Shown here piece after piece: positions 1 to 9,779 of a DNA stretch of 64,000 nucleotides (positions are counted from its first letter, which is position 1; each line of letters begins with the position of its first letter). The stretch is from Acidobacteriota bacterium. GTDB taxonomy: Bacteria; Acidobacteriota; UBA6911; RPQK01; JAJDTT01. A model generated the notes under the pieces. The model was not told where the DNA came from. It did not search any database and saw nothing but the letters and a program-made list of their open reading frames with translations. Both the position numbers and the translations under genes were made by a program. The stretch is taken from positions 1,760,001 to 1,824,000 of the forward strand of contig CBDCJH010000002.1 in NCBI GenBank assembly GCA_965217775.1, written 5' to 3'.

Positions 1-1123
1 GTTCCAGGGAGGTGGCATAGGAAAGACGCAGGTAGCCCTGTCCCATGGTTCCAAAGGAGGTCCCGGAAAGGAGCGCGACGCCCCCTTTCTGCAGCAGGAA
101 ATCAGCCAGCTTTGGAGAATCGCCGGATAGCGCTCTGGTGTTGGGAAAAACGTAAAAGGCGCCTTTTGGCAGCCGGCAGGAGACCCCCTCGACGCTGTTC
201 AGAAGATCGACGATTCGATCTCTCCGAGTCTGGAAGATCTTCACCATCTCGTGGACCGGCTTCGGATCCTGCTGGAGCGCCTGGATTCCGGCCATCTGGG
301 TGAAGGCAGCCGTACAGGAATTGGAGTTGACCATGAGCTTGGTCACGTGCCCGGCCAGCTCCTTGGGCATGATGCCGTAACCCAACCGCCAGCCGGTCAT
401 GGCGTAGGTCTTGGAGAACCCGTCGAGCAGAACGGTCCGCTCCTTCATGCCGGGGAACGAAGCGATACTCACATGGGGTTCGTCGTAAACGATGCGGTTG
501 TAGACCTCGTCGGAGAGAAAGAGAACGTCCGTATCCGCGAACGCGTCGACGATGGCGGCGAGATCTCCCCGGTTCAGCACCGAACCGGTGGGGTTGTTGG
601 GAGAGTTGAGAATGATGAGACGGGTGCGCGGACTGGACAAGTCGACCAGTTCCTGGATATCGATCCGAAAATCCAGCTCCTCGCGCAAGGGAACGGGCAC
701 CGGACGCGCCCCCACATACCGGATCATCGACTCGTAGATGGGGAACCCCGGATCGGGATAGATCACCTCGTCCCCCTTCTGGGCCAGGGCCAGCAGGGAA
801 AAGAATATGATCGGCTTGGCGCCGGGCGTCACCACGACCTCATCCGGATCGACTGCGATCTGCCTGGTCTGCGAGATCTCTCGGGCGATGGCCTGGCGCA
901 AAGGAAGGATGCCCGCCGACGGAGTGTAGTGGTGATGGCCGTCTCTCAAGGCCTTGACAGCCGCCTCGACGATGTCTTCATGGGTATTGAAGTCGGGCTC
1001 CCCGATCTCCAGGTGGACGATGTCCCGGCCTTGCGCTTCCAGGCCCTTGGCCCGGGCCAGCACCTCAAATGCCGTTTCGGTGCCCAAATTGGACATTCGA
1101 TTCGCCAGCCGCATTCCGGTCAT
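1..1123 (-). CDS. PLP-dependent class I/II aminotransferase (aspartate aminotransferase-like); 3' end runs off the window
   Basis: Absent from the ORF track (no stop in window). Manual translation from ATG 1123 gives MTGMRLANRMSNLGTETAFEVLARAKGLEAQGRDIVHLEIGEPDFNT..., followed by ILNSPNNPTG, LSDEVY and FSKTYAMTGWRLG (PLP lysine) motifs. Confidence 0.9.
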   Translation of the reverse strand, partial: MTGMRLANRMSNLGTETAFEVLARAKGLEAQGRDIVHLEIGEPDFNTHEDIVEAAVKALRDGHHHYTPSAGILPLRQAIAREISQTRQIAVDPDEVVVTPGAKPIIFFSLLALAQKGDEVIYPDPGFPIYESMIRYVGARPVPVPLREELDFRIDIQELVDLSSPRTRLIILNSPNNPTGSVLNRGDLAAIVDAFADTDVLFLSDEVYNRIVYDEPHVSIASFPGMKERTVLLDGFSKTYAMTGWRLGYGIMPKELAGHVTKLMVNSNSCTAAFTQMAGIQALQQDPKPVHEMVKIFQTRRDRIVDLLNSVEGVSCRLPKGAFYVFPNTRALSGDSPKLADFLLQKGGVALLSGTSFGTMGQGYLRLSYATSLE

Positions 1124-1186
1124 TCTCGGGGTGCGAACCTCGTTTCGTCAAGTAGTCAACAGTGGAGCGGGTCTTCGCACCGGAAC

Positions 1187-1195
1187 TGCTATAAT
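1187..1195 (+). promoter_or_regulatory. Extended -10 promoter (TGCTATAAT) for the GNAT/symporter genes
   Basis: Perfect TGnTATAAT about 30 bp upstream of ATG 1225. Confidence 0.55.
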
Positions 1196-1224
1196 CCGGC
1201 GGCGCACCCGGACGGGAGCCGACC

Positions 1225-2139
1225 ATGGCTGATCTCCTACCTGAACGGACGGTTCAGACCGGCATTCAAACCATTCGCCTCAGAGCCCTCACCGCAATCG
1301 GAGAAATGGATCGGGTCGTCGACCTGGAGGAACAGATCTGGGGGTACGGCACACCCGGCTCCGATTCCCCCTACCCGGCCCGAGCCCTGTTCGCCGTGGC
1401 CGAGAGTGGCGGGCTAGTGGCCGGAGCCTTTGCCGGCAGCGATCTGGTCGGGTTCGCTCTCGCCTGGCTGGGGTCGGAAAACGGGACGCGAGTCCCCTAC
1501 CTCCACAGCCAACTCATGGGCGTCCTCCCAGCTTTCCGTTCCCACGGCATCGGGTACCACTTGAAGCTGTTCCAGAGGGACTACGCATTGGGTTCGGGGC
1601 TGGATCTGATCAAGTGGACCTTTGATCCGCTCCTTGCGGCGAACGCCCACCTGAACCTGAAGAAGCTGGGAGCCGTGATTCGGTCGTACCTCCCCAACTA
1701 CTATGGGAACCTGCAGAGTCACTTCACCAGGGGGATCGCTTCCGACCGGGTGTGGGTCTCCTGGTTCGTCAAGTCGCAACGCGTCCGGCAAAGGATCGAC
1801 CGGTCGTCCTCATCCACGTCAACGGGTGCCGGCCGGCCCTGGGCCACCCGGGTGAAACCTGATCCGATCAGCGGTCTTGCACGTCTGTCCGGGTTCCGGA
1901 TCGACCTGGATTCGAAACGGCTGTTGGTCGAGGTGCCCGGCGACTTCAACACGCTTCGGAGAACGGAGCCGAAGCTGGCTCGAGAGTGGCAGCGGAAGAT
2001 CCGCGAGATCTTCGTCCACTACCTGAACCGGAGCTATTGCGCCTCGGATTTCTTCTTCATGGATGGACAAAGCGCCTACCTGCTGGATCGCTCACCCCTG
2101 CCTCGGATCCTGAATTCGGAACAGGAGTCTGCGCGGTAG
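1225..2139 (+). CDS. GNAT-superfamily acyltransferase (COG3375-like)
   Basis: YLHSQLMGVLPAFRSHGIGYHLK acyl-CoA motif; WTFDPL..NAHLNLKKLG; NYYG...SDR. Confidence 0.8.
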   Translation: MADLLPERTVQTGIQTIRLRALTAIGEMDRVVDLEEQIWGYGTPGSDSPYPARALFAVAESGGLVAGAFAGSDLVGFALAWLGSENGTRVPYLHSQLMGVLPAFRSHGIGYHLKLFQRDYALGSGLDLIKWTFDPLLAANAHLNLKKLGAVIRSYLPNYYGNLQSHFTRGIASDRVWVSWFVKSQRVRQRIDRSSSSTSTGAGRPWATRVKPDPISGLARLSGFRIDLDSKRLLVEVPGDFNTLRRTEPKLAREWQRKIREIFVHYLNRSYCASDFFFMDGQSAYLLDRSPLPRILNSEQESAR

Positions 2140-2234
2140 AAATGATCGTAGCGAGAAAGCAGTAGATCAATTTCTGCGACGCAGCCTCCCAGCCCGATTG
2201 ACCCCGGTCCGGGAACATAGGACCATAAGCCGCC

Positions 2235-3680
2235 GTGGGCTTTTCGCTCCTGGACTACACCATCCTGGTGCTCTATCTCCTGGCTACGGCCCTCCTGGGC
2301 ATCCTGCTGGGCCGAGGCCGCAAGGACCTGGGGCAGTACTTCCTGGCCGGCCGCAACCTTTCCTGGTGGGTCGTCTGCCTCTCCATCGTCGCTACCGAGA
2401 CCAGCACCCTCACCTTCATCGGGGTCCCGGCCCTCTCCTACACCGGAAATTTCACTTTCCTCCAGTTGGTCCTGGGATACGTGGTGGGCCGTGTACTGGT
2501 CAGTTTTCTGCTGGTCCCCGCCTACTTCAAACAGCGGCTGCAGACCGCCTACGAGCTCTTGGCCTACCGGCTGGGGAAAGGGGTGAGAAGCTTCTCTGCT
2601 CTCCTTTTTCTCGGCACCCGTTCCCTGGCGGACGGGGTCCGTCTGTTTTCCACCGGGCTGGTCCTTTCGGTGGTCACGGGACTCTCCGATTTTTGGGCCG
2701 TGCTCCTGATCGGCGCCGTCACCGTCGCCTACACGTTCTACGGGGGCATGCTCTCGGTCATCTTCAATGACGTCGTTCAACTCGTCGTCTATCTGTCGGG
2801 AGCCGCCATCGCCCTCTACGTCCTGCTGGAAAAGATTCCCGGAGGATGGTCCCAGGCCATCAGTGAGGCGCAGCTCCACGGCAAGCTGCAGGTCTTCGAC
2901 TTCGATCTGGCTCTGGCCACCCCCTACACCTTTTGGGCGGGTCTGTTGGGCGGCGCCTTTCTGACACTGGCGACCCACGGCACGGACCAGATGATGGTCC
3001 AGCGCTATCTCTCGAGCGGCACTCCCCGACGCAGCCAGATCGCTCTGATCGCCAGCGGCGTGGTGATCCTGGCACAGTTCGGACTCTTCCTGCTGCTGGG
3101 AGCTCTGCTCTTCGTCTTCTACCGGAATTTCCCTCTGGAGCAGGAACTGGTCCAGACCGACCGGATATTTCCCATCTTCATCGTCCAGGAGTTGCCCTCG
3201 GGAATCTCGGGGCTGATCATCGCAGCCATCTTCGCCGCTGCCATGTCGACCCTCAGCAGCTCTCTGAACTCCCTGTCCGCCTCCTCCATCCACGACTTCT
3301 ACCGCCGGTGGCGGCGGCGCGGAACCGAAGCCCACTACCTGCGGGTGTCCCGGCTGTTGACCCTGGGATGGTGCGGGATTCTGGTGGTCATCGCTCTTTT
3401 GGCCAGGAACTGGGGATCCGTCCTGGAAGCGGGCCTGACCATACCCAGCCTGACCATGGGAAGCGTGCTGGGTGTCTTTCTGCTGGCCCTGCGCCGTCGC
3501 GGCATCACCCAGAGAGGGGCCCTGACGGGAATGGCGGCGGGCCTCGCCACCATGCTCGTGATTCACTGGACGGGAGAAGTGGCGTGGCCCTGGTACGTTC
3601 TGGTGGGTACCGCCGTGACCTTTGCGACGGGACGGATTGTCTCACAAATGGGAAGTGGCAACCCGGCCGCGGGTCAATGA
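2235..3680 (+). CDS. Sodium:solute symporter (SSS family)
   Basis: Many TM helices; YFLAGRNLSWW, SIVATETSTLTFIG, HGTDQMMVQRYL, AAAMSTLSSSLNS. Confidence 0.9.
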   Translation: MGFSLLDYTILVLYLLATALLGILLGRGRKDLGQYFLAGRNLSWWVVCLSIVATETSTLTFIGVPALSYTGNFTFLQLVLGYVVGRVLVSFLLVPAYFKQRLQTAYELLAYRLGKGVRSFSALLFLGTRSLADGVRLFSTGLVLSVVTGLSDFWAVLLIGAVTVAYTFYGGMLSVIFNDVVQLVVYLSGAAIALYVLLEKIPGGWSQAISEAQLHGKLQVFDFDLALATPYTFWAGLLGGAFLTLATHGTDQMMVQRYLSSGTPRRSQIALIASGVVILAQFGLFLLLGALLFVFYRNFPLEQELVQTDRIFPIFIVQELPSGISGLIIAAIFAAAMSTLSSSLNSLSASSIHDFYRRWRRRGTEAHYLRVSRLLTLGWCGILVVIALLARNWGSVLEAGLTIPSLTMGSVLGVFLLALRRRGITQRGALTGMAAGLATMLVIHWTGEVAWPWYVLVGTAVTFATGRIVSQMGSGNPAAGQ

Positions 3681-3698
3681 GAAACCGGAATTTCCGGG

Positions 3699-4391
3699 CT
3701 ATTCGATCTCACCGTGGCCGAGCATCACCAGGCCCATCGTCAGAGAACCGGACTGGACGACCAGAGTCCACTGGTCCATATCGTTCTTCATGAGCTTGGG
3801 GCCGGTGACCTCGTCGTAGATCGGGAAGAGGCTGAGAGTGGCGGGATGCCTGCCGACGGCGGCTTCGGCGCTGGCTTTCACCAACTCGTCCGGTCCGTAT
3901 TCCAGATCCGGATCTCCATCCATCTTGGCAGGGATCAGTAGGAGGAAATCCCGGTACATGGCCACCCCCATGTGGGCGCCGTCCTGCGGCTGGATGGCAT
4001 AGCGGAGGGTATAGACGCCAGGTACAATCGGCAGATCCTTGTAGTCGGACCACTTCGCCGGAAAGCGGACGGCGCCGACCAGGGTTCCGACCTTCCACTG
4101 GCCGAAACTGACTCCCAACTCGGTGGACGGCGACGATGCCTCCGGCACGTCCGCTCTCAGCCAGAACTCGGCAAATGGTTGTCCGCCCTGCATGACGCGC
4201 AGAGCTTCCGGCTGGAGAGTGTTCCGAACCTCCTGGGAAAGTTCCGGCGGCGGGTCGACCTTGGCCGCCTCCACGGTCAAGGGCCCGTCCGCACCGAGGG
4301 CCGGCGTCAAACCGGCACCGAACAGGACGATCCCCAGCAGCCGACGGGACAAGAACCAAGTTCTTTCGCGAACTCGCCGTCCGATCCGCAC
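3699..4391 (-). CDS. Conserved exported hypothetical protein, last gene of the molybdoenzyme operon
   Basis: GTG 4391 follows a GAGGAG RBS just after the upstream stop; signal-like segment; GVYTLRYAIQPQDGAHMG..RDFLLL. Confidence 0.65.
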   Translation of the reverse strand: MRIGRRVRERTWFLSRRLLGIVLFGAGLTPALGADGPLTVEAAKVDPPPELSQEVRNTLQPEALRVMQGGQPFAEFWLRADVPEASSPSTELGVSFGQWKVGTLVGAVRFPAKWSDYKDLPIVPGVYTLRYAIQPQDGAHMGVAMYRDFLLLIPAKMDGDPDLEYGPDELVKASAEAAVGRHPATLSLFPIYDEVTGPKLMKNDMDQWTLVVQSGSLTMGLVMLGHGEIE

Positions 4392-4399
4392 CGAGCTCC

Positions 4400-5062
4400 T
4401 CAGCGGGTGAAGCTCCCGACGAACGCCCCGCGGGTTCCGTAGGTTGCCCAACTGCTTCCCAGCCCCTCTCCCTGGAATCTATGGGAGAGAGTGAAGGCGG
4501 GACGGGCATCGGCCACCTCGGTCAACGGCGGATAATAGACCGTCTCGTTGCCGCAGATATGGTCGTGGTGATTCAGGGCCCGGGTCCGGAGGGAGGCGAT
4601 GTCTCCAGCCTGCAGGCGCGCAAACGCCTTGGAAGCGCCGAATTCAAGAGCGATGGGCGCACGTTGGACCTGGACCAGATCCTCCGTCAGGTGGGGAGCT
4701 TCCGCCCGGACGAAAGCCAACAGGGCCTCCTCCTGATCGGCGTCCGCCCGCTCATCCACGATGATCAGGGACCGGGAAGAACGGTCCACGGCATGAGGAT
4801 CACCCAAGGTGGACGCGGACTTCACGATGGCAATCACGCTGAGTCCATGCAGCGAAACGCCGTTCCAACTCCCCTGGCGGACCCGCCAGGCGAGCATGGC
4901 CTCTTTTCCCGTCAGATTGACTTCCGCGTTGGCGAAACAGGGCCCGGTGTAAACGTCCGTCGTCCTCACCTCCAGATAATCTCCGGCGATGGTGGCATCG
5001 GCGGCAACCAGAGGCATCATGACCACGGCCAAGGTCAAGCAAGCAACGATTCCTGTTCTCAT
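4400..5062 (-). CDS. Exported DUF1326-like protein
   Basis: Signal peptide; GDYLEVRTTDVYTGPCFANAE and HHDHICGNETVYYPPL; ATG 5062 with AGGGGG RBS. Confidence 0.7.
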   Translation of the reverse strand: MRTGIVACLTLAVVMMPLVAADATIAGDYLEVRTTDVYTGPCFANAEVNLTGKEAMLAWRVRQGSWNGVSLHGLSVIAIVKSASTLGDPHAVDRSSRSLIIVDERADADQEEALLAFVRAEAPHLTEDLVQVQRAPIALEFGASKAFARLQAGDIASLRTRALNHHDHICGNETVYYPPLTEVADARPAFTLSHRFQGEGLGSSWATYGTRGAFVGSFTR

Positions 5063-5213
5063 AACTGACCCCCTATGTGATTGAGTCCTTATCCTATCAG
5101 ATGTACCCGTCGGACCAACTTGACCGCTCCAATCCGAACCGGAAGCCACGGTCGGTGTGCAACTCACCGATTCCGGATCGAGCCCAGCCGGGATCTTTCG
5201 CCCTGAGCAACGA

Positions 5214-5429
5214 CTACAAGGGCTCGTGGCAGCCCCGGTCCGACTGGCACCTCTCCTCGTTCGCCAAGTCCCCGTCGGGTCCCAGGCAGGTCATGGTCTC
5301 GTTGCACCAGAAGTAAGCGTCATTGCTTGGAGGCACCGTGAGGTCCGGCTCCGCCTCGACGTACATTCCCTTCCACCGCAAACGTCGGCAAAGTTGAAAC
5401 TTGATCTGCTCCACGTCCAACATGATCAA
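5214..5429 (-). CDS. Small Cys-rich hypothetical protein (71 aa, 5 Cys)
   Basis: Overlaps the stop of the FAD-subunit gene by 4 bp; C14, C42, C48, C61, C67. Confidence 0.7.
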   Translation of the reverse strand: MIMLDVEQIKFQLCRRLRWKGMYVEAEPDLTVPPSNDAYFWCNETMTCLGPDGDLANEERCQSDRGCHEPL

Positions 5430-6415
5430 CTCCCCTCCATCCCGGCTGCCCGGAGCACGGCACGTTTGACGGCCACTCGAGCCAACTGGATCTTGTATTT
5501 GTTCCGGCTCAGAGCCCGGGCCCCTTCGACGGCCGCGTCACCGGCACTCTCCGCCGCTTCCCGGCTGACGGCTTTGCCTTGCAGAGCCATGGCGGCCTTC
5601 TCGGAAACCCAGGGCACAGGAGCCACGTGTCCCAAGACGACACGGGCTTGACCGACACCCCCTCCATTCCGGGTCAGAGAGACGGCCGCCGCCGCCAGCG
5701 GCCAGTCCAGTGCCTCCTTCTCCCGAACTTCGTAGGTTGCGTTCTGGGCCCCTGAAGCCGCCGGAACCATGATCCGGGTCAGAATCTCGTTGGGAGCCAG
5801 GACGTTTTCCCGCTCACCTTGGGACCCGGGAGTTTGGAAAAAATTCTTGAGGTCGACTTCCCGGGAACCGGAGGCTCCTTGGATCGCGACCTTGGCCCCG
5901 AGTGCAATCAAAGCGGGGGCCAGACTCGAGGCATTGACGAATTGCGCCGCGCCGTCATTGCCCAGAATGGCGTGGTAGCGGTTGTCTCCAGCCGCGACCA
6001 TGGACTTGCCGTCCATCTGCGCCAACAGTCCGAAGCCGCGGCGAAAATACCAGCAGCGAGGCCGCTGACAGAGGTCTCCCCCGACGGTTCCGGCAGCCTG
6101 GATCTGCGGACTGCGAATGCCGTCAAGCGCCTGCGCCAGCGCCGGATAGTGGGTCTGCACGAAAGTCTGGGCGGCCAATTCGTCCAAGGTCACAACGGCG
6201 CCGATGCTGAGCCCGTTCCCGGAGTCGTAACTCACCCCCTGCAGCTCTTCGATGGACTTGATGTTCACGAGACGGCCGGGAGTCACCACATAGTCCTTCA
6301 TCAGACTCAGGAGATCGGTTCCGCCGGCCAGCACCGCCGACTCTCCATCGTTACTTCCCAGGAGCCGTACAGCCTCCTGGATCGAGGTTGGGTTGGCATA
6401 TTCGAAGGCTCGCAT
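5426..6415 (-). CDS. Xanthine dehydrogenase-family FAD-binding subunit (PaoB/YagS-like)
   Basis: AGGTDLL, SPQIQAAGTVGGDLCQRPRCWYFR, VLGHVAPVPW, NKYK. Confidence 0.92.
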   Translation of the reverse strand: MRAFEYANPTSIQEAVRLLGSNDGESAVLAGGTDLLSLMKDYVVTPGRLVNIKSIEELQGVSYDSGNGLSIGAVVTLDELAAQTFVQTHYPALAQALDGIRSPQIQAAGTVGGDLCQRPRCWYFRRGFGLLAQMDGKSMVAAGDNRYHAILGNDGAAQFVNASSLAPALIALGAKVAIQGASGSREVDLKNFFQTPGSQGERENVLAPNEILTRIMVPAASGAQNATYEVREKEALDWPLAAAAVSLTRNGGGVGQARVVLGHVAPVPWVSEKAAMALQGKAVSREAAESAGDAAVEGARALSRNKYKIQLARVAVKRAVLRAAGMEGS

Positions 6416-8547
6416 CAGGCAGTTCCTCCCTTCTCAAGGGCTTCCAACACGCGATTGGGGGTAACGGGCATATACGGAACGCGTACACCGATGGCGTTGG
6501 CCACGGCATTGGCCACAGCCGCGCCGGTGGAGATCACCGGAGGCTCACCCAATCCGATCACGCCCCGCTTTTCGTATTCGGGGCCCGTCATCATGTGCAC
6601 GACCAACTCGCCGATGTCCCCGATCCCGGGCAGCTTGTAGAACTCCATGTCCGGGTTCAACATCTTGCCGCTCACCGGATCCAGGACCTTCTCCTCGATC
6701 AAGGCGTAGGCGATTCCCATGATCAGGGAACCATAGACTTGGCTCTCGGCAAGTTTCATGTCGATGATCAGGCCGCAGTCCTGAACCGCCACCACCTTGT
6801 TGATCTTGACGATCCCCGTCTCCACGTCCACGGAAACGTCCGCCATCTGAACACCGCCCACGCCGCTGTCGCTGAGCTTGCCGGGACCGGGGTTCTTGCC
6901 CGACGCACTCAGGGGGCTGGGACCGATACGGGCAGCGGCCTGTCGCCAGGAAAGACTGCGGGCCGGGTTCCCCTTGACCTGAATCCTCCCGCCGACGGCT
7001 TCCAGTTCATCGGCAGCCGCTCCCAGTGACGGAGCCACCCGTTCCAGTAGCTGTTCCAGCGCGTTGACCGCCGCCCGGCGGGTCGAAGAGGTCACGCCAC
7101 CGACGGTGGTGCTTCCTCCGGAACCTCCCGACGCGGGAAACCGGCTGTCGCCGATCCGCACGTTCACGGCGTCGAGGGGAAGGCTCAAGGTCTCGCCCAG
7201 GATCATGGCGATGACCGTAATGGTGCCGGTGCCCAGGTCCTGACTCCCCAACCGTGCTTCCACGTTTCCGTCGGGAAAGACCACGACTTCGCAGTTGCTC
7301 TGATGCGCTCTCCCGCCCCAGGTATGAATGCCCAACCCGAGACCCCGCTTGACGGGGCCGCGTCCACTGTCTCCCCGGGGGTGCCAGTTGCGTTTCCAAT
7401 CGATGAGCGCGGCCCCGACTTCCAATTCCTCGGCATAGGTGTCGGCTCGGGGTCCGGTAATGGAGACGTTCTTGAGAAACAGATCCAGGGGATCCATCTT
7501 CAACTCGGCGGCCAGGTCCTCCAGGGCGCTCATGGTCAGGAAGCAGGCCTGAGGATGGTTGGGCGCCCGCCAGGCTCGTGCCGTGGCCTTGTTGATGACG
7601 ATCGAATGGTGTGTCTGCTTCCGGTTGGGAACCTGGAAAATGTAGGGGACGGGCGGACTGCCGCGCGAACCTGAGATCCCGCCGGAGCCCCACGTTTCCG
7701 AAGACCAGGCCACGATGGTTCCGTCGGATTTGGCGCCGACCTCGATTTTGGCGTAAGCCGAGGGGCGGTCTCCCGCAACGGCCAACTCCGCGTCCCGCTC
7801 CAGGAACAGTTTGACGGCGGCGTTTTCCTGACGGGCCAGCTCGGCACATTCGATGCCCCAGCGATCGGCGCTGAACTTGCTTCCGAATCCACCGCCCATG
7901 TAGGGAGTGATCACCCGCACGTTGGCGGTCGGCAGGCCCAGCTTGTCGGCGAACTGACCGGGCAGACCCGAAACCGCCTGGGTGGAGCACCAGGCGTTGA
8001 GCTTGTCTTCGCCTTCCCACTCGCAGACCTGACCATGAGACTCCATGCAGCAATGGGTGATGGCGGCAATGCCATAAAAGCCCTTGCTCCGGACGTCCGC
8101 CGAGGCCATGGCCCCCGCCGGCTCTCCTTCGGTCTCCTCCCTTGCAATCTCCTGGTCCGGAGCGTTGGCCCGATCCTCTTCCGTGACGAAGTGGGAAAGC
8201 ACCTCGTAATCGATCCGGATTGCCCGGACTCCATCCTCAGCCGCCTCTTCCGTCTCGGCGGCGACGGTCAACACCTCGTCCAGCTCCCACTTGATCTCGG
8301 AGCCGACCCCCTGAATCACGCGGACCGCCTTGACACCGGGTACGGCTTCCGCCGCCGAAGTGTCCAGGCTAGTGATCCGAGCGTGGGCATGAGGACAGCG
8401 AAGGATCTTGGCGAACAGCATCCCGGAGCGGTTGACGTCGTAGGAATACTTGGCGACTCCCGTAACCTTGAGAGGCCCATCCAGACGAGAGACACGTTTG
8501 CCGATGTATTTCCTCTTGGAAGCTTCCGGCCATGAGTAATCAGCCAT
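6415..8547 (-). CDS. Xanthine dehydrogenase-family molybdopterin-binding subunit (PaoC/YagR-like)
   Basis: RLDGPLKVTG, MGGGFGSK, AWRAP, QDLGTG, GGSGGS, GVIGLGEPP. Confidence 0.93.
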   Translation of the reverse strand: MADYSWPEASKRKYIGKRVSRLDGPLKVTGVAKYSYDVNRSGMLFAKILRCPHAHARITSLDTSAAEAVPGVKAVRVIQGVGSEIKWELDEVLTVAAETEEAAEDGVRAIRIDYEVLSHFVTEEDRANAPDQEIAREETEGEPAGAMASADVRSKGFYGIAAITHCCMESHGQVCEWEGEDKLNAWCSTQAVSGLPGQFADKLGLPTANVRVITPYMGGGFGSKFSADRWGIECAELARQENAAVKLFLERDAELAVAGDRPSAYAKIEVGAKSDGTIVAWSSETWGSGGISGSRGSPPVPYIFQVPNRKQTHHSIVINKATARAWRAPNHPQACFLTMSALEDLAAELKMDPLDLFLKNVSITGPRADTYAEELEVGAALIDWKRNWHPRGDSGRGPVKRGLGLGIHTWGGRAHQSNCEVVVFPDGNVEARLGSQDLGTGTITVIAMILGETLSLPLDAVNVRIGDSRFPASGGSGGSTTVGGVTSSTRRAAVNALEQLLERVAPSLGAAADELEAVGGRIQVKGNPARSLSWRQAAARIGPSPLSASGKNPGPGKLSDSGVGGVQMADVSVDVETGIVKINKVVAVQDCGLIIDMKLAESQVYGSLIMGIAYALIEEKVLDPVSGKMLNPDMEFYKLPGIGDIGELVVHMMTGPEYEKRGVIGLGEPPVISTGAAVANAVANAIGVRVPYMPVTPNRVLEALEKGGTA

Positions 8548-9175
8548 TGGTCCCTCCTTTCAGGACCCCTGCCGCCTGCATCACGGCCGGGCGAATTCCG
8601 ACGTAGGTTCCACAGCGACAGAGATTGCCCCCCAGACCCGTATTGATCTGTTCCAGCGTGGGATTGGGATGGCGGTCGAGGAATGCCTTGCAGGCAACGA
8701 CGAACCCTGGCGTACAGAAGCCGCACTGCTGGGCATCGTTGTCGACGAACGCTTCCTGAACCGGATGCATTCGCTCCGGAGTCCCCAGTCCCTCCACGGT
8801 GGTGACGTCCTTGCCTTGGGCCTCGATGGCCAGGGTCGAGCAGGAGTAGACCGGCTTTCCATCCACCAGGACCGTACAGGAACCGCAGGTTCCCCGATCG
8901 CAGACCTTTTTTGCTCCGGTCAGATCCAGATGGTTCCGGAGCGCATCCAGCAGGGTCGTTCTCGGTTCCAATTCCACCCGATGTTTGCGTCCGTTCACCT
9001 GGAGCTTCATGCTCAAGGCTCCCGGACCCTCGACCCCATGGCCCGACATCGCGGACGGAGCGCCGCTGATACGCTGCAGCAGTCCCGTGGTTACGGCGCC
9101 GGCGGCGCCTCCTCTCAAGAAGTCACGCCGCGAAACGTTCGCGGTCACGTGTTCTTCTTCCCTCTCTTTGCTCAT
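8540..9175 (-). CDS. 2Fe-2S subunit of the molybdoenzyme with a Tat signal (PaoA/YagT-like)
   Basis: SRRDFL twin-arginine motif; CDRGTCGSC, QCGFCTPG, NLCRCG. Confidence 0.93.
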   Translation of the reverse strand: MSKEREEEHVTANVSRRDFLRGGAAGAVTTGLLQRISGAPSAMSGHGVEGPGALSMKLQVNGRKHRVELEPRTTLLDALRNHLDLTGAKKVCDRGTCGSCTVLVDGKPVYSCSTLAIEAQGKDVTTVEGLGTPERMHPVQEAFVDNDAQQCGFCTPGFVVACKAFLDRHPNPTLEQINTGLGGNLCRCGTYVGIRPAVMQAAGVLKGGTNG

Positions 9176-9425
9176 GTAGCCTCCTTCACCACTTTGTCGC
9201 TGTCGGCAGGAACTTCGCTCACACTATAGAACCTGTTTCCGTCCCCATGCAAGCCTTTGGAGCCTCAATTCCGGGCATCGCCGGTCCGAGGCGCACTGAG
9301 GCTCCCGGTGCGAAGCGGAGACAGGTCAGAGCAGGACAAAACGCTTCGTCAGCGGGCGGACGAAGCCTGCTTACTGCGAGGAGTCAAGTTTCCCGAAACC
9401 TCAAAGCGGAAGTCGAAGACCGCGC

Positions 9426-9518
9426 TTACTTGGAGTGGGAGTTCTTGCGGATCTGGTGACGGCGCTTCCGGCGAAGCTTGCCGCGCCGTTTTTTCTTCTT
9501 CTTGAGTACGCTACCCAT
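9426..9518 (-). CDS. 30-aa very basic protein, bS22/COX24/AURKAIP1-like ribosomal protein
   Basis: Manual translation MGSVLKKKKKRRGKLRRKRRHQIRKNSHSK*; MGSVxKK start resembles actinobacterial bS22. Confidence 0.7.
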   Translation of the reverse strand: MGSVLKKKKKRRGKLRRKRRHQIRKNSHSK

Positions 9519-9660
9519 AATGGAATCTAAGGCCGCGATAATAGCAGATGACGGCGTTTCTCCACAAGTCGGAGCGTTTGAACGGATTCCAGACTGTTCC
9601 CACCCCGAGGGATTTTTGGGAACGCTGCTCGTTCCATCCGGGAGGGGATCTCCATACGTC

Positions 9661-9669
9661 TGCTATGAT
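9661..9669 (+). promoter_or_regulatory. Possible extended -10 (TGCTATGAT) upstream of rnhA
   Basis: TGn plus a 5/6 match to TATAAT in the intergenic region. Confidence 0.3.
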
Positions 9670-9779
9670 GAGCTTTCCTACCACCTTCTCCGATGCCACG
9701 TCGATCCGCATAGCTGCGACGGCGCAGTCGGGACGTCGCCCGGAAGGTAAACCGGAGGTCGAGCGCGGGGAGCAGATCA

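Noticed and set aside
251-1417. 388-aa plus-strand ORF and other long antisense ORFs (e.g. 18532-21516, 38269-41118, 44374-46587)
   Set aside because: Shadow frames of recognisable genes in GC-rich DNA, with no motifs.
9520-9779. Possible ncRNA or riboswitch upstream of rnhA
   Set aside because: No recognisable tmRNA, RNase P, SRP or riboswitch signature; explained as a divergent promoter region.
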